Positions 23,611 to 36,235 of a DNA stretch of 41,359 nucleotides are shown here, in pieces. Source of the stretch: Octopus sinensis (Eukaryota); assembly GCF_006345805.1 (NCBI RefSeq), contig NW_021835335.1:1-41359 (forward strand), read 5' to 3'. How positions within the stretch are numbered: position 1 is the first letter of the stretch; every line of letters starts with the position of its first letter. The translations under genes were made by a program, and so were the position numbers. A model generated the notes under the pieces. It was not told the origin of the DNA. It saw only the letters and a program-made list of their open reading frames with translations, and searched no databases.

Positions 23611-23840
23611 GGCGGCGAGCTGGCAGAAACGTTAGCACGCCGGGCGAAATGCTTAGTGGTAATTCGTCTGCCGGTATGTTCTGAGTTCAAATTCCGCCGA
23701 GGTGGACTTTGCCTTTCATCCTTTCGGGGTCGATAAATTAAGTACCAGTTACGCACTGGGTCGATGTAATCGACATAATACCTTTGTCTGTCCTTGTTTG
23801 TCCCCTCTATATTTAGCCCCTTGTGGGTAATAAAGAAATA
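23611..23840 (+). mobile_element. SINE family B, 15 bp TSD TAGGTAGGACATTGC (23590-23604 and 23839-23853), nested in a family D head
   Basis: TSD read directly; the flanks rejoin into GCTTAGTAGGTAGGACATTGCACGAACGATCGCTAGATCGTGGTTTCGATTC, a tRNA-like head. Confidence 0.92.
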
Positions 23841-24205
23841 GGTAGGACATTGCACGAACGATCGCTAGATCGTGGTTTCGATTCTCGTACCGGGCGGTGT
23901 GCTGTATTCTTGTGCAAAACACTTCATTACACATTGTTCAGTGATCATTTCAATGTCGATTTGCTGGAAAGAGTGAGATAATGAGCAGTATATATATTTG
24001 ATCATTATAAACAAAATCATTTCTGTAGATCGTTCAACAACAGTTTAACACCCATAAGTCGTCTTCGACGGGAGATTCCGTAATGCATACATACATACAT
24101 ACATACATACATACATGCATACATACATACATACGTACATACATACATACATACATACATACATACATACATACATACATGCATGCATATATACATATAT
24201 ACATA

Positions 24206-24698
24206 CCGTAAATCCTCGACGCAGGGGATTTTTAGGGGGATGTAACTCTGAAAAACCTAATCCTGGTGTATTATACGTACCCTTTCTCTAACTTGAGTCG
24301 TGCGTAATTAAGCCAGCAGCATCTAGTCGAACAAGCACTTCCGCGCATGCGTAATACAATAATGGTAATGTTCTTAACTGTTATATGGGAATGTAAATAT
24401 GTTTGCAAATTGTTTTTGTTACATGTTATTCTGTGTTCTGAATACTTTCATTTTAATAAATGTTCCTTGCTGCAAGTTATGGATGATTCTTTTATGACTT
24501 CATTGCTTTCAGGCTTAGCTTAAGGTATTTTCGCACCCGACATCACAAAATGCGTCTGAATAAACATTGCCGGACAGCAAATAGAGACTCGGATGTTGCT
24601 TAGAAAATATTTTTCATTTTTAACCTCGTATATAGTACGCACTAAGAATTTTGACCTTTAAATTTTGGGAAAAATGCTGATTATACTCGAAGATATGC
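24206..24698. mobile_element. Putative Tc2/pogo-like MITE inside a (CATA)n tract
   Basis: Left end TA|CCGTAAATCCTCGA; right end ...TTATACTCGAAGATATG resembles the degenerate reverse complement of a CCGTAAATCCTCGAGTATAA-type TIR. Confidence 0.45.
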
Positions 24699-24984
24699 AT
24701 GCATACATACATACATACATACATACATACATACATACATACATACATACATACATACATACATACATAAAACTACGGATCAAACTGTAAAAATCTGTAA
24801 AATTTACCAGACGTTTTTCATTTAAGTATATATGTGCGTGTCTCGATAAGTAACACTATACATGAGAATACAGACATAAAACAAAACATACAGATCTGCA
24901 CACATACATACATGCATACATACATACATACATACATACATACATACATACATACATACATACATACATACATAGGGGGAGAAT

Positions 24985-25135
24985 TCATGAAAAAAACAAA
25001 AGACGAAGACAAGTGTTGTAGAAAACAAACAGATGTATTAGTATAACGCTCGGGAATTGAAAAGGTCTTTAACGTTTGGAGCCTACGCTCTTCCACAGAA
25101 AGGAACACAGAGAGAAACAAGGAGAGAAACATCTA
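24985..25135 (-). mobile_element. Short Penelope-LTR-like repeat related in layout to 5225-5410
   Basis: On the - strand: pyrimidine tract, CTGTGGA-A-GAGC-GTAG-GCTC-CAAACGTTA, then CCCGAGCGT and a T-rich tail; hammerhead core eroded. Confidence 0.45.
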
Positions 25136-25150
25136 TCATGGCGAATATAT

Positions 25151-25334
25151 AAATATGGAAATTCTATTTGTAAAATGTAAACACCTATCTATTATCTCAC
25201 CTCTTATCGGAATCTTTCAACGAAGAAGGTTATCTAACATGTACATCTCCCCACAGTTTCTTATTTCAGCACTCATTTGTCAATATGTCCTTTCCATATT
25301 CTGCGCACTTGATATCTGTGTCCCAGATGAACCA
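25151..25334 (-). repeat. Inverted copy of 27113-27280 (168 bp, identical) fused to an inverted copy of 26649-26666
   Basis: Base-by-base comparison found no mismatch over 168 bp; GTGTCCCAGATGAACCA is the reverse complement of TGGTTCATCTGGGACAC. Confidence 0.93.
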
Positions 25335-25555
25335 TACATACATACATACATACATAAATACATACATGCATACATACATAATACATGCATGCATGCATAC
25401 ATACATACATACATACATACATACATACATACATACATACATACATACATACATACCCTGTTGATGTTGAAATTCCAATGACGTAGCCTGGGATCTAGGT
25501 TAGAAACCGGCTCTCATCTATTGGCAAGAAATCTTGAAATAAAACTGTATAATTA

Positions 25556-25595
<40 letters not shown>

Positions 25596-25950
25596 TATAT
25601 GTTCTTCATTCTTAAACCCTAAAATATACATTCTTATATAGTTAGTTATTTTGTCAATGCTATTTCCACCACAAGTTCCCGTCCGTGCGGTGCTGTGTGT
25701 ACTTGCGTGCATCAATGATCCTGGGAGCTATTCTACCGGAGAGTAAGCTCCTTGAAGTCCGTCCCCGTCTCATGATTGATAGGCCAAAGAACAGAGGTCA
25801 GACTATTGTGGACCAACATTTCATACAGGGAAAAAAATATTTTCGGTGGGCCAATAACCCTGACTAGAAGAAAGCAAAATCATAGAAGCTGGGGTTGCTG
25901 GAGGGCTCAAACGAGATGCTGCTCAATGGGGACAAAAATCGTGTTTTTCA

Positions 25951-26627
25951 TCATATCATGCTTTACTTATATTTTTTATTTTATTTTATTTTATCTAGTT
26001 TCAGTTCACGAGCTGTGGCCATGCTGGGGCACCGCCATTTGGTGTTGCTACATGATTTTACTTCACGAATGCTTTTAGTAATGCCATTGGTGCATGAGGA
26101 GTTCGATGGCAGCTGCCCTCATATCATGCTTTACTTTTATTTTTTATTTTATTTTATTTTATCTAGTTTCAGCTCACGAGCTGTGGCCATGCTGGGGCAC
26201 CGCCATTTGGTGTGCTACAGATTTTACTTCACCGAATGCTTTTAGTAATTGCCATTTGGTGCATGAGAGAGTTCGATGCAGCTGCCCTCATATCATGCTT
26301 TACTTTTATTTTTTATTTTATTTTATTTTATTTTCAGCTCACGAGCTGTGGCCATGCTGGGCAACGCCATTTGGTGTTGCTACATGATTTTACTTCACGA
26401 ATGCTTTTTAGCAATTGCCATTTGGTGCATGAGAGAGTTTGATGCAGCTGCCCTTATATCATGCTGTACTTTTATTTTTTATTTTATTTTATTTTATCTA
26501 GTTTCAGCTCACGAGCTGTGGCCATGCTGGGGCACCGCCATTTGGTGTGCTACATGATTTTACTTCACGAATGCTTTTTAGCAATTGACATTTGGTGCAT
26601 GAGAGAGTTCGATGCAGCTGCCCTTAT
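25951..26627. repeat. Tandem array of four ~169 bp units, each carrying a reversed SINE tail
   Basis: Unit starts at 25951, 26119, 26288 and 26454; each contains CAGCTCACGAGCTGTGGCCATGCTGGG(G)CA(C)CGCC and (TTTTA)n. Confidence 0.95.
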
Positions 26628-27532
26628 CTGCACCTCCGGCCGTGAAGTTGGTTCATCTGGGACACTTGACAAGAAGAGATCCAGTTTTATTTTAAAGACA
26701 TCTGCATCCACCCCATGCAGGTCTCTCAGGTTCTTCGGGAGGATATTGAAGAACTGTGAGCCTCGGAAGCCAGGCTATCATCAGTATCTTGTCCTACATC
26801 TTGAGGGCAAATTTGGAGTCCTTGGCACTATGCAGTGGGCCCAGTTCTAGTATTTGTGTAACTCTCGATGCCAAAGTTTGGGACAAGTCCTTCTATGAAC
26901 TCTCTTATGAAAATTTAACGTATGTTGCTTACATTAAATATGTTAATGCTGAAGTACTAGGAATATACCAAAATTGATAAAATCAACTTTAGCACTTCTT
27001 CCTAGGAACAATATTAGCATTATGTATATTGGAAGCAAATTTAGACATAAGCTTTATTATAGAGAAGTGAAGATATAGATACTTTAGAAACAATGCCGAA
27101 AGTTATCTGAAGCAGATATCAAGTGCGCAGAATATGGAAAGGACATATTGACAAATGAGTGCTGAAATAAGAAACTGTGGGGAGATGTACATGTTAGATA
27201 ACCTTCTTCGTTGAAAGATTCCGATAAGAGGTGAGATAATAGATAGGTGTTTACATTTTACAAATAGAATTTCCATATTTCCAAATGCGTGTATGTATGT
27301 TAGTGAGTCTCTATGTATTTGTGCGTGTGTGTGTGTGTGTAGGCATCGTGTGGTGTGTATATATGTATATCGATCGCACTTGTGTGCAGGAATTCTGTGT
27401 ATTATCTATGTATATATATATATATATATATATAGTATATTATTATATATAATATATATATATATTCCATACACACCATATATACATATATGTATATGCA
27501 TATATATATATATATATATATCTATATAAATA

Positions 27533-27591
<59 letters not shown>

Positions 27592-27872
27592 CCACACACA
27601 CACACATATATATTTATATTAGTATATACATACATACATAATATATATATATATACATATATATGTGTGTGTATATATATGTATTATATGTGGGCACGTA
27701 TAATATCAACATATTTTCATTGATATATCAATTTCTGTAATATATATATATAGGCATATATATAATATATATTTATATACATGTATAATAAATATATGTA
27801 TAATTTAAGTATCTGCATTTATATCTTTTGTGTAGAATAAATGCATGTACGCACACAAACATATATATTTAT

Positions 27873-27903
<31 letters not shown>

Positions 27904-28347
27904 ATGAACATAATACATGTATATTTAGCCGAATGTATACAAATTAAAAAAAAATGTATGTACGCATGGATATATATATATACGCATATATATACATTCA
28001 CACTTACCCACACATCCATTTATATAAGTGTATACATGTTATATTTATATACATGAAATTATATCAATTCATATTCGTACATCACCATATAACTGTACCA
28101 CTCTTCTGCATTTAAATGGATAGCAACGTTGATAGGAGTACAAAAGACTTGTGAAGATCAGCAGATAACGATATAAATATTTAACTGTATGGGGAGAAAG
28201 ACAATTGGAAAATAAGTACTTTTTTTCCTCTTATGAAACTACTTCACTCGTAAATTCTCTATGCAACATATAGACTTCAACAGTAAGACACACACACACC
28301 ACGCGCACACACACACGCGCGCAAACACAACTACATACACGGGTTAG

Positions 28348-28625
<278 letters not shown>

Positions 28626-28897
28626 ATATTCTTTTGCATTCCGTATTGTTTGATATGTTTTTATCTTCCAAAACTGTGAAATTCCACCTATATGCCCATC
28701 TATTTCAAACAACGTTTACGCTGTGAGCAAAGAATTTATCATTGTTTTCAGTATCAGCGCCAACAAGCATGCTCTTTCGTCCTCTTTCGTAAGCGAAGAG
28801 TGTATATATTATGTGTTAGATATACTATATATATATCTGCATATTTAAATACGTTTGTATCTATTTGTATATCTGCTTATCTGAGTCTGGATGTCTA

Positions 28898-28932
<35 letters not shown>

Positions 28933-29073
28933 ACGCGCGCGTGTGTGTGTGGGTCCGTGTTTGTGTATAAATACAGATATATACATGCTTATATACATAT
29001 ACATACATGTATTTATATATGTATATATATAATTATACATACATTTAGGTATAGGTCTCTTCTCTCTCTCTCT

Positions 29074-29126
<53 letters not shown>

Positions 29127-29264
29127 TATATACGCACGTATATATAAATATATATGTGTATATATGTATCAGCGTACTTATGCAAACACGCGTATATACA
29201 CATAGATATACCTATATTTAAACACACATATATATATACAAATACATAAATGCTTATATACATA

Positions 29265-29314
<50 letters not shown>

Positions 29315-29896
29315 CACACACACGTTCAAACACTTGCGTTCATACGTCCGTCCGTGTGTATCAGTAAGAGAGAAATGCGAACGAACAAAGCAATCCATCC
29401 AGTTCTTTGGCGAATTTATCAGTGTATACACATGCAGAGCAGAAACCAGCAATCCATAGAAGAACAAGCTATGCGAGATCTGAAATACGATAGGCATTAT
29501 TGGATATAGGGTGTGAGAGTTGATATGGAAATTTGATATCTGTATAGATATGTCATTGTGAAATATCATATATTAGATGTGGGAATCGAACCAATATATG
29601 AGATATTAGATTGTAAGCTGTTAGATTTGATACGAGATATAACATACAAGAGTTAGAGTAATGACATATACGACAAGATGTTACGTATATGATACAAGAA
29701 AATCAATATGAGATATGAGATATGGCGTCAAAATCGGAAACGTAACTGCTAAAACTATGAGACAGTAACCCGGTTGTTCAACAATAGCGAAATTCAAATA
29801 TAATTTCTGCTGTTTAATTTTCAACTATGTTTAACCGATAGGGTGTTTAGTAATCATATATATATATATATATATAGGTCTCTTCAATTTATACAT

Positions 29897-30279
29897 CTTA
29901 TCTTTCACTTGTTTCAGTTATTAGACTGCGGCCATGCTGGGGCACCACCTTGAGCATTTTTAGTCAAATGAATCGACCCTAGTACCCTTTTTTTCTTTTA
30001 AGGCCTGTACTCACTCAATCGGGTTCTTTTGCCGAACTGCTAAGTTACGGGGGCGCACACACACCAACACCAGTTATCAGGCGGCGGTGGGGGACAAACA
30101 CACACACACATGTAAATACGATGGGCTTCTTTCAATTTCCGTCTACCAAATCCACTTATAAGAGTTTGATTGGCCCGAGGTTATAGTAGAAGACGCCCAA
30201 AATGTCACGCAGTGGAACTGAACCCGGAATTATGTGTTTTGGAAGGAAGGTTCTTAAAATAAGAGCCACTCCTGTGCCT
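29897..30279 (-). mobile_element. SINE family A, diverged full length
   Basis: Tail TGCGGCCATGCTGGGGCACCACC and head AGCCACTCCTGTGCC present. Confidence 0.88.
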
Positions 30280-30388
30280 ATATATATATATATATATAGA
30301 CACATAAACACAAACACATACACACATATGTATATATAGGCACACACACACAAACACATACACGCACTCACACACACAGAACTATATA

Positions 30389-30724
30389 TGTACCTTATTT
30401 AAAACAAGACACCCGATGAGATGCATTCTGTACAGGAGAGTTGTTATAAAGCGATCTTTTACCACTGTTGTATCTGCCTTTTGACGACAGTTATCGCTCT
30501 GACAGATATTGTTATATTCAGAAGTCGTCGATAGGATATTTCTAGCTGACCGCAGTCGTTCAGTGTTATTATCCTCAAAATGTGGATCGTTATATTACAG
30601 ACACGACTATCAACACAGTCTACACGTACTTTCGTACTCTACGTACTCTCTTTACTTATAGTGACTAGGTTATTCCATTCGTCACGTGCAAGGTGTGTGC
30701 CATCATTGCTGATTCCCTTCAACA
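30389..30724 (-). mobile_element. Putative 3' LTR (336 bp) of the gypsy element
   Basis: On the - strand it starts TGTT directly after the polypurine tract AAAATGGGGAGA (30725-30736); distal end taken at ...AATAAGGTACA, which is less certain. Confidence 0.65.
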
Positions 30725-32250
30725 TCTCCCCATTTTAAAAATTTCCATAAGAGTCATTTTATTTAGTAATGATATTTTATATTCACCCCACATCTCATTT
30801 TTGAGTTTTTCTTTTTTGTCGTACAATTTAATATTTGCTGCGCTTGGCATATTTTTTTCCGGATCTCTGTATGTTTTCTTTTCTTCTCACTTGTACGCCT
30901 GGATTCAATCATCTGCAGTGGCGTTGGCACTTGGAACGTATCGTAAAACCATTCCATCGGTTCCTTCAACTTTTTGTTTCGCTTTCCACGAATCTCTTTT
31001 TTAGTTGGTTCCTGTGTCTCTCTTCTGTTCCTTTCTACTTTTCACCCAGTATATCATTTTACCTATGCATTTGGTAATTGCGCCATCTTGCCAACTCAGC
31101 TTTCCATTAAATTCGGCTTACCGGCATATTTCCACGTTTTTTTCGTTATAATAGAAATACCACTATACTTGTCCAACTGCATTTTAACAGTTGTATTTCT
31201 GATTTTCACCCTCACGAATTTTCTCATCGTTATATTGCCAATTTCTTCCGATGATATACTATTTATTCTTTTAATTTTGTCTGACATTTATCATCTTCGT
31301 TCCACAGTGCGACTTTATATGACCTATATTTCCACAACGAAAACAATCCGTTTTTTAAATGGAAAATTTTCCTCAGGGGCATACCATCACATGGAAAACA
31401 TGGGCTTATATCCTGATGTTTGTCGGGTTTTTTAGAAAACACTTTATCTCTATTCAGAATATTCCGCACTGGTTTTACTTGGAAACAATCTTTACGTTCA
31501 ATCTCCTGTGTGCCGTGTCTTAATTTGAATACCCTTTCACATTCTTCAGACTCTTTTTGTAGTGTTACATCCTGGATTTGCACCAGCTTTGCAAGAATTC
31601 TAGTTCTGATTTTCGTGTCATTTTCGGCAGTTAGTTTCTGTGTAAAAATCAGGCATCTGAAGATATCTGGCGTTAATTAATCCAGCTTAAACTTCTTGTA
31701 TTCCCTGTTTATTTTACCAGTATATTTGATAGAGTCTTCGACGTTGTTTTTCTCTATGTTCAGACACAACGAGTGTTGAACAATGAGCTTTTAACACTGA
31801 AAATCTTACACAATATATCTATTGTGTCATTAAACTTTACGTCAAACGATTATTCTTGGGAGTACATAATTACTGTATCGTTCATGTTCTGTTGGCGCCA
31901 ATTTTCTCAAGATTAAGCGACTTTCCATCTCGTCGTCCCAATCTTTACATTCTTTCTTGAAGATTTGCTCATATCTTCTGTAGTATGCTTCGAAGGAAAC
32001 TTCTTCGTCAGGTTTGTATTTGAATTCATTCATTGAATTGGCAACATAGTCTGGCGAGAACACGTTTTCTGACTTTCCCGAAGACTTCAGTTGTTGCACC
32101 ATTTGTTGCTGTAATATTATTTGTCGTTGTTGTATCTGTCTGTTGCTGCTCCTACAGCTGCTGTTGCAGTTTTTGCAACTCAAGCAAACCGGCCAATTTT
32201 CCACATTTTTACGATTTTTAGTAAAATTTACAAAACAAAACTTTGTGAGC
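30725..32250 (-). mobile_element. Ty3/gypsy (K02A2.6/Mag-like) internal region: gag, zinc knuckle, protease; RT, RNase H and integrase absent
   Basis: Gag FKYKPDEEVSFEAYYRRYEQIF..RLILRKLAPTEHERYSNYVLP (31842-32204); SPCFPCDGM knuckle; protease RKFVRVKIRNTTVKMQLD..ISIITKKTWK; pol-end-like RRTSEKKRKHTE; PPT. Confidence 0.88.
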
Positions 32251-32265
32251 TTGTTAAGTCATCTA

Positions 32266-32340
32266 TGAGTTTCTTATTTCTTTATTGCCCACAAGGGGCT
32301 AAACATAGAGGGGACAAACAAGGAAAGACAAGGACAGACA
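32266..32340 (-). mobile_element. Isolated SINE B tail, inverted relative to the adjacent array
   Basis: TTTCTTATTTCTTTATTGCCCACAAGGGGCTAAA is the reverse complement of the array end near 33028-33062. Confidence 0.85.
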
Positions 32341-32404
32341 TAATCATCATCACCAAATTATCAATTACCCAGTCAGAAAGAAACAGTTTCCTCCACTGAC
32401 TAAT

Positions 32405-33062
32405 AAGGCGGCGAGATGGCAGAAACGTTAACACTCCAAGCGTAATGCTTAGCGGTATTTCGTCGAGCTGGCAGAAACGTTAGCACGCCGGGCGAAATGC
32501 TTAGAGGTATTTCGTCTGCCGCTACGTTCTGAGTTCAAATTCCGCCGAGGTCGACTTTGCCTTTCATCCTTTCGGGGTCGATTAAATAAGTACCAGTTGT
32601 GCACTGGGGTCGATATAATCGACTTAATCCCTTTGTCTGTCCTTGTTTGTCCACTCTATGTTTAGCCTCTTGAGGGTAGTAAAGAAATAGGTATTTCGTC
32701 TGCCTTTACGTTCTGAGTTCAAATTCCGCCGAGGTCGACTTTGCCTTTCATCCTTTCGGGGTCGATAAATTAAGTACCAGTGACGCACTTGGGTCGATAT
32801 AATCGACTTAATCCGCCTGTCTGTCCTTGTTTGTCTCCTCTATGTTTAGCCCCTTGTGGGTAGTAAAGAAATAGGTATTTCGTCTGCCGTTACGTTCTGA
32901 GTTCAAATTCCGCCGAGGTCGACTTTGCCTTTCATCCTTTCGGGGTCGATAAATTAAGTACCAGTTACGCACTGGGTCGATGTAATCGACTTAATCCGTT
33001 TGTCTGTCCTTGCTTATCCCCTCTATTTTTAGCCCCTTGTGGGCAATAAAGAAATAAGAAAC
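32405..33062 (+). mobile_element. SINE B tandem/nested array: two heads, three bodies
   Basis: GGTATTTCGTC at 32454, 32506, 32690 and 32874; bodies repeat at a 184 bp period. Confidence 0.93.
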
Positions 33063-33959
33063 AGATTCCGCCATCTTCTGAAACACTAACAATGTTTATG
33101 AGTGAAGAAAATAGATTCTTTCTCTTCAGCATTCGGTGTTCTTTAATACAGCAAAGGAAATGGAGGAGCTTTAAATATTCGTTATATTTGATAGTTGTAG
33201 AAGGGAAATACCCCAGCAGTTTACTGACTAATGTTTTTTTTTGAAAATGGAAAGCACTTGATAACGTAGCACTGACTGGATTGTCTTCAGTAAACAAAAG
33301 AAGAACACGACTTAGAGAATGTTTACGACTGGATCGTATTCAATTATGCAGGGGCCTGCTCGATGGAAAACAACAACAACAACAACAATCATAACAACGA
33401 CAACAGCAATATTGATTGCACAGATATAGGCGTAAGGCCATACATTGAAAGTTTATAGTATCCCATATCGATCCTATGTACTTGACTAATACTTATTTTA
33501 TTGAATTTGGGACGGATGAAATGCAAAGTCGATCTCTGTCGAATTTGAAATCGGAACGGAAAATTTAATATAAGTAACTAAATATTACAATAGATTTAAT
33601 CCGATATTCTACCGAGTCGAATCTACGGTTCTATCTCCGCCCATTACACCGCAACAACGCATGTTGCCACCCTAAACAAGCATTAATAATAACAGAAATA
33701 GCAATAACCGCAACAAGAAGGAAAAAAAAACTACATGAGATCAAACATGATATTCAACAACATCATCGGTAACAATGATATAGCTGCACCAGCAAAGTGA
33801 TAAATCCCCATCCTGGTTTCTTGCCCGGTCTGAAAAGAATCAGTACCATTCACAATAGCGTTTTGATCAACAGCAAAGAAAATAAAATTATAAAGAATAT
33901 AAGCAAAAATGAAAGATACCAGCCTAAACAATAACAAATTAATAAAGACAATAATAACA

Positions 33960-34500
33960 ACAACGCATAAATAAGAACATAAAAGAATTAATATCGAACA
34001 ACAACAACATCGTAACTGTTATTGAGAGGAAAAAGAAAACAAAGAGAACAATGTTATAAAAAATAGGAATGACAACAGCAATAAATTAATTAAAAAAATA
34101 TTAATATGATATAATAAATTAATATAAAAATTAATATAATGAATTAATATAGCACAACAATAACAACGACTACAACAACAGCGAAAGCGATGTTATCAAT
34201 ACTAATAAGAAAGAATAAGACGAGGCAACAACAACAACAGCAACTACAACAACAATGATGATAATATCAACAGGAATATTATCAACAAGAACAACAATAT
34301 CAACAATAACAAAAACAACAACAGCAATAACAAACAACTGCAAAAGAGAAAACACTAACAATATTATCAACAACAACAACAATAATAATAATAATAACAA
34401 TAGCAAATATATAACACGTAGATAACAATAACAACAATAAAAACAACAGCAAGATATCAATAGCAATAACAACAATAATAACAACAAGTATATAACACGT
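33960..34500. repeat. Degenerate (AAC)n/(AAT)n low-complexity tract
   Basis: Direct inspection. Confidence 0.9.
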
Positions 34501-34669
34501 GGAAATTATATTTCTGAATTCAAGTTTCCTTCGCCCTCGACTCCTCCCCACCAATTCTTTGCGTTGGATCCACCCCGCCCTCCCCACGTGGTTTCTTTCC
34601 TATTTTTGAAGATATTTTAATATAGAGCGAAATATATTTCATCATACCACCAACTCTATCACACACACA

Positions 34670-34717
<48 letters not shown>

Positions 34718-35005
34718 TACATACACACACACGGTCTCGCGCACGCGCGCTCATGCACACATGCGAAAATTCCCTTCCCCTCCATCTTTCGTTTTTCTTC
34801 ATCCAATTTTCTGCGAGAATTAATGAAGCCGACTGCATGTATGTAATAAAAGCAATGTGTGTGTGCGTGCGTGTGTATGTGTGTGTGTGTGTTTTGTGTG
34901 TGTGTGTGGTGTGTGTGTGTGAATGTGTGCGTGTCTGTGTGAGTGTATGTGTTTTTGTATGTACATGCATATGTACAATATCCACACACACACATATATA
35001 TGTAT

Positions 35006-35041
<36 letters not shown>

Positions 35042-35689
35042 GACATTTATATATGCACATAAAGAGACATACAAATATGAGTGTGAATATAAGAATGCAT
35101 ATCTTCACGCATGCGTGCATGTGCACATACGTAGATATGTATGTGAGCAAACAGATATAACTATGCGCACACATATATATAAACTTACATATACATAGAT
35201 ATACTAATATATATTCATATATATATGTATATACATATGCATGTATATATATATATATATATATTTATACCTATATGTACGTATGTATATATATATATAT
35301 ATTTATGTATGTATATATATATATATGCATATACATATATATATATATATATCTATATATGTATCTACGTTATATATATATGGATGCATAGATATGCGAA
35401 TGCACATGTATATATATATATATGTATATATATGGATGTGTGCGTACAAGCATATATACATATAAGTATATATTCGTATACACACATTCATAGAACCGTG
35501 ATACAGAGGGAAGAGGGAGAGAAAGAGGAATCAAAAGGAAGAGAGAAAGAGAGAGAGAGAGAGAGGAGAGAGAGAGCGGTAGATTACGTGCCACCATATT
35601 TTTACATGCTTCAAATGTTAACTGTGTTAGAAAAGAACTACTAGTGAACAACATTCAATTACTCATTGAATGTGCTCTCGTATTTCTAG

Positions 35690-35875
35690 GCTAACCTGGG
35701 GCAGCAGCACCAGCATCAACAGCAGCACCAGCAGCAACAGAACTAGAAGCAGCAGCAGCAGCAGATGCAGCAGCAATAGCAACAACAGAAGCAACAATAA
35801 TAGAATCACCAACATTGCAATAGCTGCAGCATAGAGAATACTACAACGCTGTCACGAATAATAATAATAGTAATG

Positions 35876-35949
<74 letters not shown>

Positions 35950-36018
35950 AAGAAATGATAGTAATAATAATAATAATAATAATGATGATGATGATAATAA
36001 TAATAATAATAATAAATG

Positions 36019-36049
<31 letters not shown>

Positions 36050-36162
36050 TGATGATGATAATAATAATAATATAATGATGATGATGATGATGATGATGAT
36101 GATAATAATAATATAATAATAATAATAATAATAATAATATAATAATAATAATAATGATGATG

Positions 36163-36193
<31 letters not shown>

Positions 36194-36198
36194 TGATG

Positions 36199-36235
<37 letters not shown>

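Noticed and set aside
25860-25900. KKAK motif resembling orthomyxovirus PB1 GNEKKAKL
   Set aside because: Spacing to the putative motif A is about 100 aa rather than about 20; no other PB1 motifs.
28060-28200. Possible - strand exon after TTTCTCCCCATACAG (similar case at 33130, +)
   Set aside because: Acceptor-like motifs are common in AT-rich DNA; no recognisable peptide or convincing donor.
32405-33062. CRISPR-like regular repeats (also 25951-26627)
   Set aside because: Units are 169-184 bp with near-identical interiors, no unique spacers and no cas genes; eukaryotic context.
33800-33860. IPSWFLARSEK resembling ribosomal protein S18 (IPDWFLNRQK)
   Set aside because: Flanked by in-frame stops, similarity covers under 10 residues, and it lies in a low-complexity region.
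35680-35830. Possible poly-Q exon after TTTCTAG acceptor
   Set aside because: All frames hit stops or run into (AAT)n with no donor site.
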